Assembly (NCBI GenBank): GCA_963668675.2
Contig: CAXXMB010000002.1
Coordinates: forward strand, 2,144,001 to 2,208,000
Origin: an uncultured Desulfatitalea sp.
Lineage (GTDB): Bacteria > Desulfobacterota > Desulfobacteria > Desulfobacterales > Desulfosarcinaceae
Direction: 5' to 3'
DNA: 64,000 nt
Notes under the pieces: model-generated
Databases searched by the model: none
The model's input: the letters and a program-made list of their open reading frames with translations, nothing else
Told to the model about the DNA's origin: nothing
Made by a program: the position numbers and the translations under genes
Part shown: positions 23,042 to 33,465 of the stretch, piece by piece
Position numbering within the stretch: the stretch's first letter is position 1
How the letters are laid out: the number at the start of each line of letters is the position of its first letter

Positions 23042-23845
23042 ATGCCCCAGATTCGCGTCAACGACACCTCCATTCACTATGGTTGGGACGGTCCCGAAGC
23101 GGGGCCGGTGGTAATGCTGTCCCATTCACTTGCATCCGACCGGAAGATGTGGGATCCGCAGGTGAAACCGTTGGTCGAATCCGGCTACCGGGTCCTTCGG
23201 TACGACCATCGCGGTCATGGTCGATCGCAGGTGGCCCCCGGGGATTACTCTATCGAAATACTGGCCGGTGATGCCATTGGATTGATGGATGGGCTGGAGA
23301 TTGGCAAGGTGCACTTTGTCGGCCTCTCCATGGGAGGCATGGTCGGCCAGCTTTTGGGCGCAACCCATGGCGACCGCCTGCTCTCGCTGACGCTCAGTTC
23401 TACCGCATCGTACATGCCGCCGATAGAGCTTTGGCAGGAGCGCATCGCGGCGGTCGGAGAGCATGGGCTGGGGGCAGTGGCCGACGGCACCATCGACCGC
23501 TGGTTTACCAAAGCGGGCCAGACGCGACTGCCCGAAGCGGTTCGTCAGATTCACGCCACCATTTTGGCAACGCCGGTGGATGGGTTTTGTGCCTGCTGTG
23601 CGGCCATCCGCGATATGGATCTGCGCGGCGCCCTCGGTGCCATTTCAGCCCCGACCCTGATCACGGTGGGTGAGCATGACCAGGGCACGCCGGTCAGCGC
23701 GGCCCAATTCATCCATGAGAACATCGCCAATTCGCAATTGACGATCGTTTCGGACGCGGCCCATATGCTCAATGTCGAGCAGGCCGCCCTTTTCAACCGG
23801 ACGCTGCTCGGGTTTCTCCAATCCCTGCCGTTTGAAACACGCTAA
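23042..23845 (+). CDS. Alpha/beta hydrolase, 3-oxoadipate enol-lactonase (PcaD)-like
   Basis: YDHRGHG, GLSMGG nucleophile elbow, RWFT and AAHMLNVEQ. Confidence 0.85.
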   Translation: MPQIRVNDTSIHYGWDGPEAGPVVMLSHSLASDRKMWDPQVKPLVESGYRVLRYDHRGHGRSQVAPGDYSIEILAGDAIGLMDGLEIGKVHFVGLSMGGMVGQLLGATHGDRLLSLTLSSTASYMPPIELWQERIAAVGEHGLGAVADGTIDRWFTKAGQTRLPEAVRQIHATILATPVDGFCACCAAIRDMDLRGALGAISAPTLITVGEHDQGTPVSAAQFIHENIANSQLTIVSDAAHMLNVEQAALFNRTLLGFLQSLPFETR

Positions 23846-23884
23846 ACGGCCCAACAACAATACCAACGACGAAGCGAAACGAAG

Positions 23885-26152
23885 ATGCATTACAAAAAAG
23901 AGGCCCTGAGATATCACAAGGAGCCGCGACCGGGAAAGACGGAGGTGGTGCCCACAAAGCCATTTTTGAGCCAGGCCGATCTGAGCCTTGCCTACACCCC
24001 CGGTGTGGCCGAACCCTGCCTGGAGATCCATGCCGACGCGGAGCGCTCCTTCGACTATACCAATCGGGCCAATCTCATTGCCGTGATCACCAACGGCACG
24101 GCAGTGCTCGGGCTGGGACACATCGGGGCTCTGGCCGGCAAGCCGGTGATGGAGGGCAAGGCGGTGCTTTTCAAACGCTTTGCCAACATCGATGTCTTTG
24201 ATCTGGAGTTGGACACCCTCGATCCGGACGAGTTTATCCGCTCGGTCAAACTGCTCGAACCGACGTTCGGCGGCATTAACCTGGAGGACATCAAGGCGCC
24301 CGACTGCTTCTATATCGAGGAGCAGCTCAAAAAGCAGATGTCGATTCCGGTGTTTCACGACGACCAGCACGGCACGGCCATCATCTCCTCGTCCGCCATG
24401 ATCAATGCGGTGGCCCTGACAGGCCGAACGCTGGACAACTTGCGCGTGGTGATTAACGGCGCCGGTGCGGCGGGCATCGCCTGCGCCAAACTCTACGTGC
24501 AGTTGGGGGTGCCGCGCGAGCATCTCACCATGGTGGACACCAGGGGCGTGATTTACAACGGACGCCAGCAGGGCATGAATCCCTATAAAGCAGAGTTCGC
24601 AGTGGATACCGACGCCCGGACGCTGTCCGATGCGGTGCAAGGGGCAGATATGCTGGTGGGGATGTCGGTCAAGGGCGCCTTTACTGAGGATTTGTTGGCG
24701 CGTATGGCGCCCAAGCCGATCATTTTTGCCTTGGCCAATCCGGACCCGGAGATCGATTACGATGCAGCCAAAGCCGCCCGGCCCGATGCGCTGGTGGCCA
24801 CCGGCCGCTCCGATTTTCCCAACCAGGTGAACAATGTTCTCGGTTTTCCATTCATCTTCAGGGCGGCCCTGGATGTGCGCGCCATGGCCATCACCGAGGG
24901 AATGAAGGTGGCGGCCGTCCACGCCCTGGCAGCCCTGGCCCGCGAAGATGTGCCCGATGCCGTGATACGCGCCTACGGCGGGCAGCCGATCCGCTTCGGC
25001 CCCGACTACATCATTCCCAAGCCCCTGGATGACCGGGTGCTGCTCAAGGTGGTGCCGGCCGTGGCGGCGGCGGCTGTCAAAGACGGCGTGGCCCGCGTCC
25101 AACCGCCCGAAGCATCGGCCTATGTCCAGCGGCTCGAATCACTGCTCGGCCCGGAGCGAGAGCTGATGCGCAAGATCATCATTCGCGCCCAGCAGCGCCC
25201 GCTGAAGATTGTACTACCTGAAGGCAACCATCCGGTGATCATCCGGGCGGCCCAAAACGCACACCTGAATGGCATCGCCAGGCCGGTCCTTTTGGGAGAC
25301 CCCGAAGAGATTCAGCGTGTGGCACTGGATTTGGCCCTCTCCCTGGATGGCATCGATATCCTCGACCCACGCTGCAATCCTCACCTGGAGACCTTTGAAG
25401 ATGAGCTCTTCTCCCTGCGCCAGCGTAAGGGCTGGTCTCTCGTTGAAACCCGGCGTCAGCTGCAGAACCCTTATGTCTTCGGCGCTATGCTGGTGCAGAA
25501 GGGCGTCGTGGATGGGCAGGTGCACGGCATCGGCCAATCCTATCCCAGCGCGATTCGCCCGGTGCTTCAGGTGATCCCCAGGCGCCCGGGGGTTTCAAAG
25601 GTGGCAGGCCTCTACCTGATGATTTCCAAGAACCGCACCCTGCTGTTTGCCGACACCACGGTCAATATTCAGCCCACGGCCGACGATTTGGCCGAGATCG
25701 CTCTGCTCAGCGGAGAGATGGCCCGCTTTTTCGACATGCAGCCGCGTGTGGCCATGCTCTCCTACTCCAATTTCGGCAGTGTGCGCGACAACGACGCCCA
25801 GCGTGTGGCCGCCGCGGTCGAGATCGCCCGCCGACGCAATCCCGACCTCGTCATCGACGGTGAGATGCAGGCCGACACGGCCCTGGTCGAAGAGGTCTTG
25901 AACAGCGGTTTTCCTTTTAACCGTTTAAAGCAGCCGGCCAATGTTCTGATATTCCCCAATCTGGCCGCCGGCAACATCGCCTTCAAACTTGTCGACCGCC
26001 TGGGGGCCGCCAAGGCGGTGGGCCCTCTGCTCATGGGTTTGAGCAAACCCTTCAATGTTGTCCAGCGCAACACGGATATGGAAAACGTGGTCAACGTCAT
26101 GGCCATCACCGTGGCCCAGGCACAGAATCACAGAAACGATTACTGCTGCTAG
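23885..26152 (+). CDS. maeB: NADP-dependent malic enzyme with PTA domain
   Basis: LAYTPGVA, KPVMEGK, FHDDQHGT, GAGAAG, ATGRSDFPNQVNN and DGEMQAD motifs. Confidence 0.96.
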   Translation: MHYKKEALRYHKEPRPGKTEVVPTKPFLSQADLSLAYTPGVAEPCLEIHADAERSFDYTNRANLIAVITNGTAVLGLGHIGALAGKPVMEGKAVLFKRFANIDVFDLELDTLDPDEFIRSVKLLEPTFGGINLEDIKAPDCFYIEEQLKKQMSIPVFHDDQHGTAIISSSAMINAVALTGRTLDNLRVVINGAGAAGIACAKLYVQLGVPREHLTMVDTRGVIYNGRQQGMNPYKAEFAVDTDARTLSDAVQGADMLVGMSVKGAFTEDLLARMAPKPIIFALANPDPEIDYDAAKAARPDALVATGRSDFPNQVNNVLGFPFIFRAALDVRAMAITEGMKVAAVHALAALAREDVPDAVIRAYGGQPIRFGPDYIIPKPLDDRVLLKVVPAVAAAAVKDGVARVQPPEASAYVQRLESLLGPERELMRKIIIRAQQRPLKIVLPEGNHPVIIRAAQNAHLNGIARPVLLGDPEEIQRVALDLALSLDGIDILDPRCNPHLETFEDELFSLRQRKGWSLVETRRQLQNPYVFGAMLVQKGVVDGQVHGIGQSYPSAIRPVLQVIPRRPGVSKVAGLYLMISKNRTLLFADTTVNIQPTADDLAEIALLSGEMARFFDMQPRVAMLSYSNFGSVRDNDAQRVAAAVEIARRRNPDLVIDGEMQADTALVEEVLNSGFPFNRLKQPANVLIFPNLAAGNIAFKLVDRLGAAKAVGPLLMGLSKPFNVVQRNTDMENVVNVMAITVAQAQNHRNDYCC

Positions 26153-26216
26153 AGGATCACCAGTGAAAATTTAACTCTTGATCATCGAATAAGGTTACCC
26201 TTTATGTCACACCCTG

Positions 26217-27002
26217 CTATGGTTTTTTATGCGGAATACAAACCCCCCTCTTGGAATCCTCGACAAACGAGCAGAGTTCCAAAACAGCCGGCGAGTCCAT
26301 GATCTTTCGAATTCTTGTAAGGGCCTCTTTCTGAAGCGTCGTTGACATGAAGAGTATGCGGTACGCCTCCTTGAGCTCCTTTCGTTCGGGAGCTGTCATT
26401 TGAGCTCGTCTGAGGCCAACCGTATTAAGACCGGACAGACGATTGAGTCCATAAGGATGGATCATGCAAAACGGGGGGACATCCTTGTTCGCCCCGCTAT
26501 TTCCTCCCAGCATGGCCAGGCGACCAATACGGACAAACTGATGAACCAAGCAATTTGCGCTTATAAAAGCCCCATCTCCCACTTCAACGTGACCGCCGAG
26601 CAGTGCGCTATTAGTGAGGATTACATTATTTCCAAGCACGCAGTTGTGGGCGACGTGACTGTTCGCCATAAAAAAACAGTCATTCCCTACATGTGTTATC
26701 GATCCTTCCTTTGTACCTCTATGAATCGTCACTCCCTCACGAAAGGTGCAGCGGTCACCGATGTGCACATAAGTTTTGCCCCCGGAGAATCCCAGATCCT
26801 GAGGGGTATCACCCAAAATCACTCCGGCATGTACTCGGCATTCCTCTCCCAGAATCGTTGATCCATAGATGACAGCCTGGGGACCGATCCAACTTCCGTC
26901 TCCTATGACAGCGCCTGCGTGAATATAGGAAAAGGCATCAATAGTGACGTCCGCACCGAGTTTTGCACCATCTTCAACAATTGCCATGTGATGAATTTTC
27001 AC
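26217..27002 (-). CDS. lpxA: Acyl-ACP--UDP-N-acetylglucosamine O-acyltransferase
   Basis: Hexapeptide repeats, PQDL, REGVTIHRGT, HVAHNC, HQFVRIG, DVPPF and GLNTVGLRR; GTG start. Confidence 0.9.
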   Translation of the reverse strand: MKIHHMAIVEDGAKLGADVTIDAFSYIHAGAVIGDGSWIGPQAVIYGSTILGEECRVHAGVILGDTPQDLGFSGGKTYVHIGDRCTFREGVTIHRGTKEGSITHVGNDCFFMANSHVAHNCVLGNNVILTNSALLGGHVEVGDGAFISANCLVHQFVRIGRLAMLGGNSGANKDVPPFCMIHPYGLNRLSGLNTVGLRRAQMTAPERKELKEAYRILFMSTTLQKEALTRIRKIMDSPAVLELCSFVEDSKRGVCIPHKKP

Positions 27003-27175
27003 GATATCGACTCCGTATCAATAATTATAAGAAAGCGTAGGGGCAGATCTTCTAATTTTATTCTTTTTTGTTCTTTTGCCGGTTTTGTCAAGGCCCGAAC
27101 ATCGCGGCTGGCATTTTCTAAAAATCCATTTCCTAATGGCCCAACATTAATATTCAACTCCAGCTTGAACAAAAA

Positions 27176-28627
27176 CAATCCTGCCCGCAGTACCACATCG
27201 CCCACTACGGCATCTGCAAGATGGGTGGCATCATCGTACCTTGCAGCCCGTTGTTCAAGCAGTGGGAGCTGGCCTATCAGCTCCGCGAGACGGGGGCCAG
27301 GGCGATCATCTGTCTCGACCAGATCTACCCGGTGGCCGCTGAAGCGGCGGCGGAGACCGGACTGGAAACCGTTGTGGTGACCAGCCTGCACGATTTTCTT
27401 CCCGAGCAACCGACCATGAACCTGACCCCCATGATGGCGTTGCCCAAGCAGGGCTTTCCCGGCACGATCGAGTTCAAGGAGATTTTCGATGGATACCCTT
27501 CGGATCGGGTGGCGGTCGATGTGGGACTCGACGACACGGTGCAGCTTCAGTTCACGGGCGGCACCACCGGACTCCCCAAAGGCGCCGTTTTGACCCACGG
27601 CTGCAAGCGCTTCAAGGTGGCGGCGGCCTCGACGATCAAAGAGGCCAACCGGCGCTTTATGGGCGTCGAAGGAAGTCATATGATCAATTTGACGGCGATG
27701 CCCACCTTCCACATCGCCGGCATGCTGGGGGCGGTGGATACCATGATCGCCCAGGGGGACACCCAGGTGCTGATGCAGATGTTCGATCCCCTGGCGGCCA
27801 TGCAGGCCATCGAGCGCTATCGGGTCCAGTTCTTCCAGGCCACCGTTCCGATGAACCTGGCTATTATGGACCATCCTGAACGCAGCCGATATGATCTCTC
27901 TTCGCTGGTGATCTGCAACACCGTCAGTTTCGGCATTCAGTTGACCGAGAAGATTGTCGATCGTTGGATGGAGGATACGGGCGGCTGTACGATTTCGGAA
28001 TCGGCCTATGGTCTGACGGAGACCCACACCTTCGACACCTTCATGCCCATGGACCGGCCCAAATACACGCCCGGCTGTCAGGGGATCCCCATTCCGGAGC
28101 AGCAGATCAAGATCGTTTCATGGGAAGATCGCTCCCGCGAGGTCCCCCCCGGGGAGATGGGAGAGATCGCGATCAAGAATCCGGCCGTCTTCAAAGCTTA
28201 CTGGAACCGGCCCGAAGAGACGGCCGCTTCTCTGGTTGATGGCAGGGTCTTCACCGGCGACATGGGCCGATTCGACGAGGATGGATATCTTTTCTTCCTC
28301 GGGCGCAAGAAAGAGATGATCAAGGTGTCGGGCTTTAGCGTCTTTCCCGAAGAGGTGGAGGCGTTTTTGTGCCGGCACGAAGCCATCGACCGGGTTGCCG
28401 CCATCGGTGTCTCCGACCCGAAACGGGGAGAGGTGATCAAGGCGTTTGTCGTTCTCAAGCCGGAGTTCAAGCAGAAGATTTCAGCCCAGGATATCATCGA
28501 TTGGGCCAAGCCGAAGATCTCATCCTACAAGGTGCCCCGGGAGGTGGCGTTTCGGGACGAGCTTCCCATGAGCGGCGTGGGCAAGGTGCTCAGGCGGGTG
28601 CTGGTCGAAGAAGAGAATAAGGGGTAG
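27176..28627 (+). pseudogene. Long-chain acyl-CoA synthetase (AMP-binding), 5'-truncated
   Basis: FTGGTTGLPKG, YGLTET, TGD and GRKKEMIK present. In-frame QSCPQYHIAHYGICK precedes ATG 27221, but similarity stops abruptly near 27176 with an in-frame stop just upstream; the normal N-terminus is missing. Confidence 0.75.
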
Positions 28628-28672
28628 TGCTGATTAAGCTGATTGCTTGTGGCTCTTCCGTAGCAGATAAAC

Positions 28673-29374
28673 TTATTCTTTTTGTGCTTTGCGCCGGTTG
28701 CGCTCGTAGCGCATCTGAAGCATTTCGACGAAGAGGGCAAACCCCATGGGCAGATAGATATAGGCCTTGGGTACATGCTTGTGCATCCCCTCCATGAAGA
28801 GGGTTACGCCGATGGTGATCAGGAAGGAGAGCGCCAGGATCTTGAGGGCCGGGTGGCGCAGGATGAACTCTCCGATCGGTTTTGCGAAGAAGAGAATGCC
28901 CACAAAGGAGAGTACCACGGCGATGATGATAATCCACAGATTGGAGGTCAGCCCGACAGCGGTGATGACCGAGTCGATGGAGAAGACGATGTCGAGCAGT
29001 ACGATCTGGCCGATGATGGCGCTGAAGGCGTCCGGTTTGGGCGTATCATGCGCTTCCATTTCGTCTTTGAGCGAAATGGTGTGATGGATTTCGTGGACCG
29101 CTTTGTAGAGCAGGAACAGACCGCCGGCGATCAGGATCAGGTCGCGCACCGAGAGGTTCCAGACAACCGGCCTGGTCATGGCGACCAGGAAGACGACCAG
29201 GGAGAGCATTGCAATTCTTGCCACCAGGGCCAGGGCCAGACCGAGGACGCGTGCTTTCTGGCGCTTTTCGGCGGGCAGGCGCCCAACGAAGATGGCAATC
29301 ACCAGAACGTTGTCGACGCCCAACACCAGTTCCAATCCTATGAGCAGGGCAAGAAGTGCCAATGCGTCTGCCAT
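28673..29374 (-). CDS. TerC family membrane protein
   Basis: LELVLGVDN, DIVFSIDSVITAVG, HPALKILAL and PKAYIY motifs. Confidence 0.93.
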   Translation of the reverse strand: MADALALLALLIGLELVLGVDNVLVIAIFVGRLPAEKRQKARVLGLALALVARIAMLSLVVFLVAMTRPVVWNLSVRDLILIAGGLFLLYKAVHEIHHTISLKDEMEAHDTPKPDAFSAIIGQIVLLDIVFSIDSVITAVGLTSNLWIIIIAVVLSFVGILFFAKPIGEFILRHPALKILALSFLITIGVTLFMEGMHKHVPKAYIYLPMGFALFVEMLQMRYERNRRKAQKE

Positions 29375-29402
29375 AATGATCATTCCTTTCTATGTCGATG
29401 GT

Positions 29403-29430
29403 GTAGGGTTACGATGCATCGTGCCCCTAT
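29403..29430. repeat. GTAG-type REP palindrome
   Basis: GTAGGGTTACGATGCATCGTGCCCCTAT; near-identical copy at 38464-38487. Confidence 0.8.
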
Positions 29431-29451
29431 TGTTATACGGAGGCCTTTTCT

Positions 29452-30882
29452 TCAGGTTAATCGATCACGTCTTTCGTAGTAGTGGCAGAGTCTGGTCAGG
29501 GCCCGGGCCGCCCGGCCGAGCGAGGGAAATGCCGCATAGGAGGCCTGGCCGAATGCGGCGCGTATCGCGGCGCCGGCGGCGGCCAATTCGGTGTCGCCGC
29601 CTTCCGAGTCTACAACAAAAATGATTGGTTTCCGACCTTGACGACCGTTGAGCATCGCAAGGGTCTCCTGTGTCAGGTCGGGCGCGTCGGGCATGTGAAA
29701 GGCGTTGCGTGCAATGAGCCGGTCGGCCACGATCATGGAGACCTTAGGTTCCTGCTCGGCCATATCGAGCAGTTGGCCCAGGCATTCGGTATCGGTGAAG
29801 ACCTGCCAAAGATCCAGCGGGTTGCCGGCGATGGAGCCGGCCGCCGGGACGATCTCCTTCAGGCGCTGCATGGTCCCATCGCTCAGTTGCGGAACTGAAA
29901 GACCCTCACGGATAAAGGTGTCGCCGTACATCACACTGGTGCCGCCACCGCCGCCGAGCAGGAAAATACCGTCTGAGCGTGGTGCGTCTACGAACGCCAA
30001 TGCCATGAGAGCGTCTACCCATCCATCCATGGTGCGTACCGGGATCATGTTGGTTTGACGAAAGACGGCCTGCCAGATAGCAGGGCTGCCGGCCATGGCG
30101 CCGGTGTGGGAGGCGGCTGTACGGGCGCCGGCATCGGTCTCGCCGCCCTTGAGGATCACGATGGGTTTGCGCAATCCGATGTTGCGGGCCAGCGTCAGCA
30201 GGCGGCTCCCTTCCGTGATGCCCTCCAGGTAGATGCCGATCACTTTGATCATCGGGTCGTTGCCGAAGGCTTCCAGAAAATCGAGGGCATCGAGTACGCT
30301 GCCGTTGCCGACGCTGACCGCCTTCTCCACACCCAGTCCCAGCGATGCGGCATACTCGGTCAACCGCTGGGTCATACCGCCCGATTGTGAAATGATCCCC
30401 AGGGGGCCGGGCAGGCCCGGAATGGCGCCCCAGGCGGTCAGGTGGGCGGCCGGTCGGTACGGTCCCATGCAGTTGGGGCCGATCATCAGCACATCGTGCT
30501 GCTCGCAGGCTGCGATCAGGCGCTGGGCCATCCTCTCCCCGTCTATACTGCCCAGTTCGTCGAATCCGGCGGTCAACAGATGGACGTGTCGCACCCCTTT
30601 GCGGGCGCAATCGGCGATCACGCCGGGGACGTGGGTTGCACCCACGGCGATCATGACCAGATCGGGCACTTCGGGCAGCGATGCCAAATCCGGCCACGCC
30701 TTCACGCCCAGAATCTGATCGGCTTTGGCGTTGACGGGATAGAGCCGCCCGGCATAGCCGGCATCCAGAAATTTTCGCATAAAGCTCAATCCGCCAAAGC
30801 GCCACCCCGAACGGGAAACACCGATCAGGGCAATGCTCCGTGGATTGAAGAATTTTTCCATATCAGCAGAAGTTAAGCGCAT
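29452..30882 (-). CDS. CoA-binding protein, ADP-forming acyl-CoA synthetase alpha-subunit-like
   Basis: FNPRSIALIG, IGPNCMG, ISQSGG, AASHTGAMAG (phospho-His) and NPLD motifs. Confidence 0.87.
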   Translation of the reverse strand: MRLTSADMEKFFNPRSIALIGVSRSGWRFGGLSFMRKFLDAGYAGRLYPVNAKADQILGVKAWPDLASLPEVPDLVMIAVGATHVPGVIADCARKGVRHVHLLTAGFDELGSIDGERMAQRLIAACEQHDVLMIGPNCMGPYRPAAHLTAWGAIPGLPGPLGIISQSGGMTQRLTEYAASLGLGVEKAVSVGNGSVLDALDFLEAFGNDPMIKVIGIYLEGITEGSRLLTLARNIGLRKPIVILKGGETDAGARTAASHTGAMAGSPAIWQAVFRQTNMIPVRTMDGWVDALMALAFVDAPRSDGIFLLGGGGGTSVMYGDTFIREGLSVPQLSDGTMQRLKEIVPAAGSIAGNPLDLWQVFTDTECLGQLLDMAEQEPKVSMIVADRLIARNAFHMPDAPDLTQETLAMLNGRQGRKPIIFVVDSEGGDTELAAAGAAIRAAFGQASYAAFPSLGRAARALTRLCHYYERRDRLT

Positions 30883-31143
30883 GTTTATTTTCGCTCCCTT
30901 TTCGAAATGCAATATGAAATAGAGAAATAGCTAACGATTTTGAGTACCAAAGCGTATAGAAGCTTATTTATGCGGCGTGGGTTTAGCAAGCAAAAAGGCA
31001 GCAGAAGGCCGATATTCAAAAGCTTGGCAGACCGGCTAATACATTGACTCTTCTGAAGATCATGGTAAATTGGCCTGAATCATATACACTGCACGAATGC
31101 GCTCTGCATCTGAATTCAGCCAATACAGTTTAGAAAAGGAACC

Positions 31144-31248
31144 CTTTATATCCTTGCCCGGCATGTCCAGATGCATGATTATTGGCATATGTATGGAATG
31201 GAAGAGCTTTGGTTGACCAAAGACGCTTACCTTACACCGTTGGATTAG
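31144..31248 (+). pseudogene. Probable C-terminal remnant of a DinB/YfiT-like gene
   Basis: Startless frame LYILARHVQMHDYWHMYGMEELWLTKDAYLTPLD* with an HxxxH pattern; family assignment from memory. Confidence 0.45.
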
Positions 31249-31274
31249 AATCCGACTCAGAATGGAAGAGTGCG

Positions 31275-31763
31275 ATGGCAAACGATTTGAGCGATAGTGC
31301 AAAGCGTGTACAGGACTACCTCGTAAAGAGGGGGTTCTCCTTTCAGGTGAAGGAGCTGGCCGGTTCAACCCGGACGGCACAGGATGCTGCGGAGCGTGTT
31401 GGGTGCGACGTGGGCCAAATCGCAAAATCCCTCATCTTTAAAGAGAAGAAGAGCGGACGGTTGATTCTGGTCATTGCATCGGGTGCCAACCGCGTCGATG
31501 TGAAGAAAATAGAACAGAGCACAGGGTTAAAACTGGGCATGGCGGATGGCAAGTATGTGAAGGAGAAAGTTGGCTTTGCCATCGGAGGGGTGCCGCCCGC
31601 CGGCCACAATGAACCCCTGGAGACCCTGTTGGATCCGGACCTGAAAAAGCATGAAGAGATCTGGGCTGCCGCAGGAACGCCGTCTTCCCTTTTTCGGCTG
31701 AAGCCCGATGATCTGGAACCGCTGACAAACGGTCGATGGGTGGATTGTTCGGAGCAGGGGTAG
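31275..31763 (+). CDS. YbaK/EbsC family aminoacyl-tRNA editing domain protein
   Basis: TRTAQDAA, GQIAKSLIF, GFAIGGVPP and WAAAG motifs. Confidence 0.92.
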   Translation: MANDLSDSAKRVQDYLVKRGFSFQVKELAGSTRTAQDAAERVGCDVGQIAKSLIFKEKKSGRLILVIASGANRVDVKKIEQSTGLKLGMADGKYVKEKVGFAIGGVPPAGHNEPLETLLDPDLKKHEEIWAAAGTPSSLFRLKPDDLEPLTNGRWVDCSEQG

Positions 31764-31880
31764 GTGCTTGACCTCGATCATGCCGCCAGGACAGCTGACA
31801 AACGCATATACTAAAGCGTTTTTGAGCAGGATTCGATTGAAAAATGAACGGGCCAACAATGGAATGTCTTCAACCCGCTC
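31758..31880 (-). pseudogene. Internally deleted remnant of a sigma54-dependent (NtrC-family) regulator
   Basis: ERVEDIPLLARSFF joined directly to LKNALVYAFVSCPGGMIEVKHLP; the intervening WPGNVRE segment is absent. Confidence 0.6.
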
Positions 31881-32075
31881 CACCACCGCCTCTTCCAATG
31901 ACGTATGGGGCTGTCCCGCGGCCTCCGGCGTCATGGGTGGCTTTGGCCACCATCTCCTTTCCGCTTTTTACGGTGTCCCTTTTTGAACATGGCACACCAA
32001 TGTCAACTGTCTTTCTGACGGATGATTTCACAGGAGGTGCAATTGAGTATGGTGCACGATTGACCCTACTAAAGA

Positions 32076-32121
32076 AGGCCAAATTGGGCACTATGGTACT
32101 CTCCCCCAATTTGGCCTTTTC
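32076..32121. terminator. Hairpin terminator between convergent ybaK-like gene and alaC
   Basis: AAGGCCAAATTGGG ... CCCAATTTGGCCTT stem, flanked by A/T runs. Confidence 0.7.
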
Positions 32122-32142
32122 CACCCGACCCCAACAACCCAA

Positions 32143-33351
32143 TCAACCAACATCAAGCTCCTTCATGGCCCGTTTCATCTGCCGCAGCGCCTGGCGAATG
32201 CGATGTTCGTTCTCCACCAGGGCGATGCGCAGGTAGCCCTCGCCCTCTTCCCCGAAGCCGATGCCCGGTGCCAGGGCGACATTGGCGCGATTCATCATCT
32301 GTATGGAGAATTCCATGGAGCCCATGCGGTCGAAAGGGGGGGGGATCCTCACCCAGGCAAACATGCCCGCCTTGGGGGGTGTCACCGGCCAGTCCATGCG
32401 CTCCAGCCCCTCGCAGAGCACATCGCGGCGATTCTGGTAGATGTGGGCCTGGCGGGTCACGTCCTCGTCGCAGTGGCGCAGGGCCACGATGCCGGCCACC
32501 TGAATGGCCGAGAAGATGCCGTAGTCGTAGTAGCCCTTAATCTTGCGCAGGCCGGTCACCATCTCCGGATTGCCGACGCAGTAACCCAGTCGCCAGCCGG
32601 CCATGTTGTATGATTTGGAGAATGAGCCGAACTCCACCCCGACATCCCTCGCCCCGGGCACCTGCATGAAACTCGGCGCCACATAGCCGTCGAAGGTGAT
32701 TTTGTTGTAGGCGAAGTCGTGAATCACCATGAAGCCGTACTTTTTGGCCAGGTAGACGACCCGCTCGTAGATCTCCATGCTGCCCAGAACACCGGTGGGG
32801 TTGTGGGGGTAGTTGAGAATCAACACTTTGGGCCGCGGGTAGACATTGGCGCACATGGTTTCGAGCTGTTCGAGAAATTTCCCCTCCTCTTCCAGCGGAA
32901 TGCGCAGCACGCTGCCGCCGGCGATGATGGCGGCGTATATATGGACCGGAAAGGCTGGAGAAGGCACCAGCACGGTATCTCCCGGGCCGATGAGGGCCAG
33001 ACAGAGATGGGAGATGCCCTCCTTGGAGCCGATGGTGCACATCACCTCGCTGTCTCCATCCAGGGTGACACCATAATCCTTCTCGTAGCTTTTGGCGATC
33101 TCCAGGCGCAGGTTGCGCATGCCGTCGGCTGCTGGGTAGCGGTGGGTCTTGGGGTCGTTGGCCACCTCCACCAGCTTGGAGATCACCTGGTCCGGGGCCG
33201 GGTCCACGGGATTGCCCATGCCCAGGTCGATCACATCGTCGCCCTGCCAGCGCTTCTCCATCTTCATCTGGTTGATCATGCCAAACAGATAGGGCGGCAG
33301 TTGGGACATGCGCCGGGCAAACTGAATCGATTGCTGATCCTTTTGATCCAT
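32143..33351 (-). CDS. alaC: Class I/II aminotransferase, AlaC (alanine transaminase)-like
   Basis: LPPYLF, DLGMGNP, TIGSKEG, PVHIY, SFSKSYNMAGWR, YYDYGIF and PGIGFG..RIALVENEHRIRQA match the AlaC/YfdZ subfamily. Confidence 0.8.
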   Translation of the reverse strand: MDQKDQQSIQFARRMSQLPPYLFGMINQMKMEKRWQGDDVIDLGMGNPVDPAPDQVISKLVEVANDPKTHRYPAADGMRNLRLEIAKSYEKDYGVTLDGDSEVMCTIGSKEGISHLCLALIGPGDTVLVPSPAFPVHIYAAIIAGGSVLRIPLEEEGKFLEQLETMCANVYPRPKVLILNYPHNPTGVLGSMEIYERVVYLAKKYGFMVIHDFAYNKITFDGYVAPSFMQVPGARDVGVEFGSFSKSYNMAGWRLGYCVGNPEMVTGLRKIKGYYDYGIFSAIQVAGIVALRHCDEDVTRQAHIYQNRRDVLCEGLERMDWPVTPPKAGMFAWVRIPPPFDRMGSMEFSIQMMNRANVALAPGIGFGEEGEGYLRIALVENEHRIRQALRQMKRAMKELDVG

Positions 33352-33366
33352 ATGAATTCTCCTTTT

Positions 33367-33405
33367 GCAAACAAAAGCCCCGGACCGTTGTTTCCGATCC
33401 GGGGC
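33367..33405 (-). terminator. Attenuator terminator in the alaC leader
   Basis: Minus strand GCCCCGGAUCG-GAAACAA-CGGUCCGGGGC-UUUUGUUU, just before the alaC SD (AAGGAG). Confidence 0.85.
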
Positions 33406-33465
33406 CTGAAAGAGAACGCCACGGACCGACCGCTACAGCCCGTGGCGTGAAGTGAACGACGTCGT

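Noticed and set aside
23645..25102. 485-aa minus-strand ORF
   Set aside because: Antisense shadow of maeB.
32143..33351. LL-diaminopimelate aminotransferase (dapL) assignment
   Set aside because: PVHIY, YYDYGIF and ENEHRIRQA fit AlaC better and the Ala-rich leader agrees; not fully excluded without a phylogeny.
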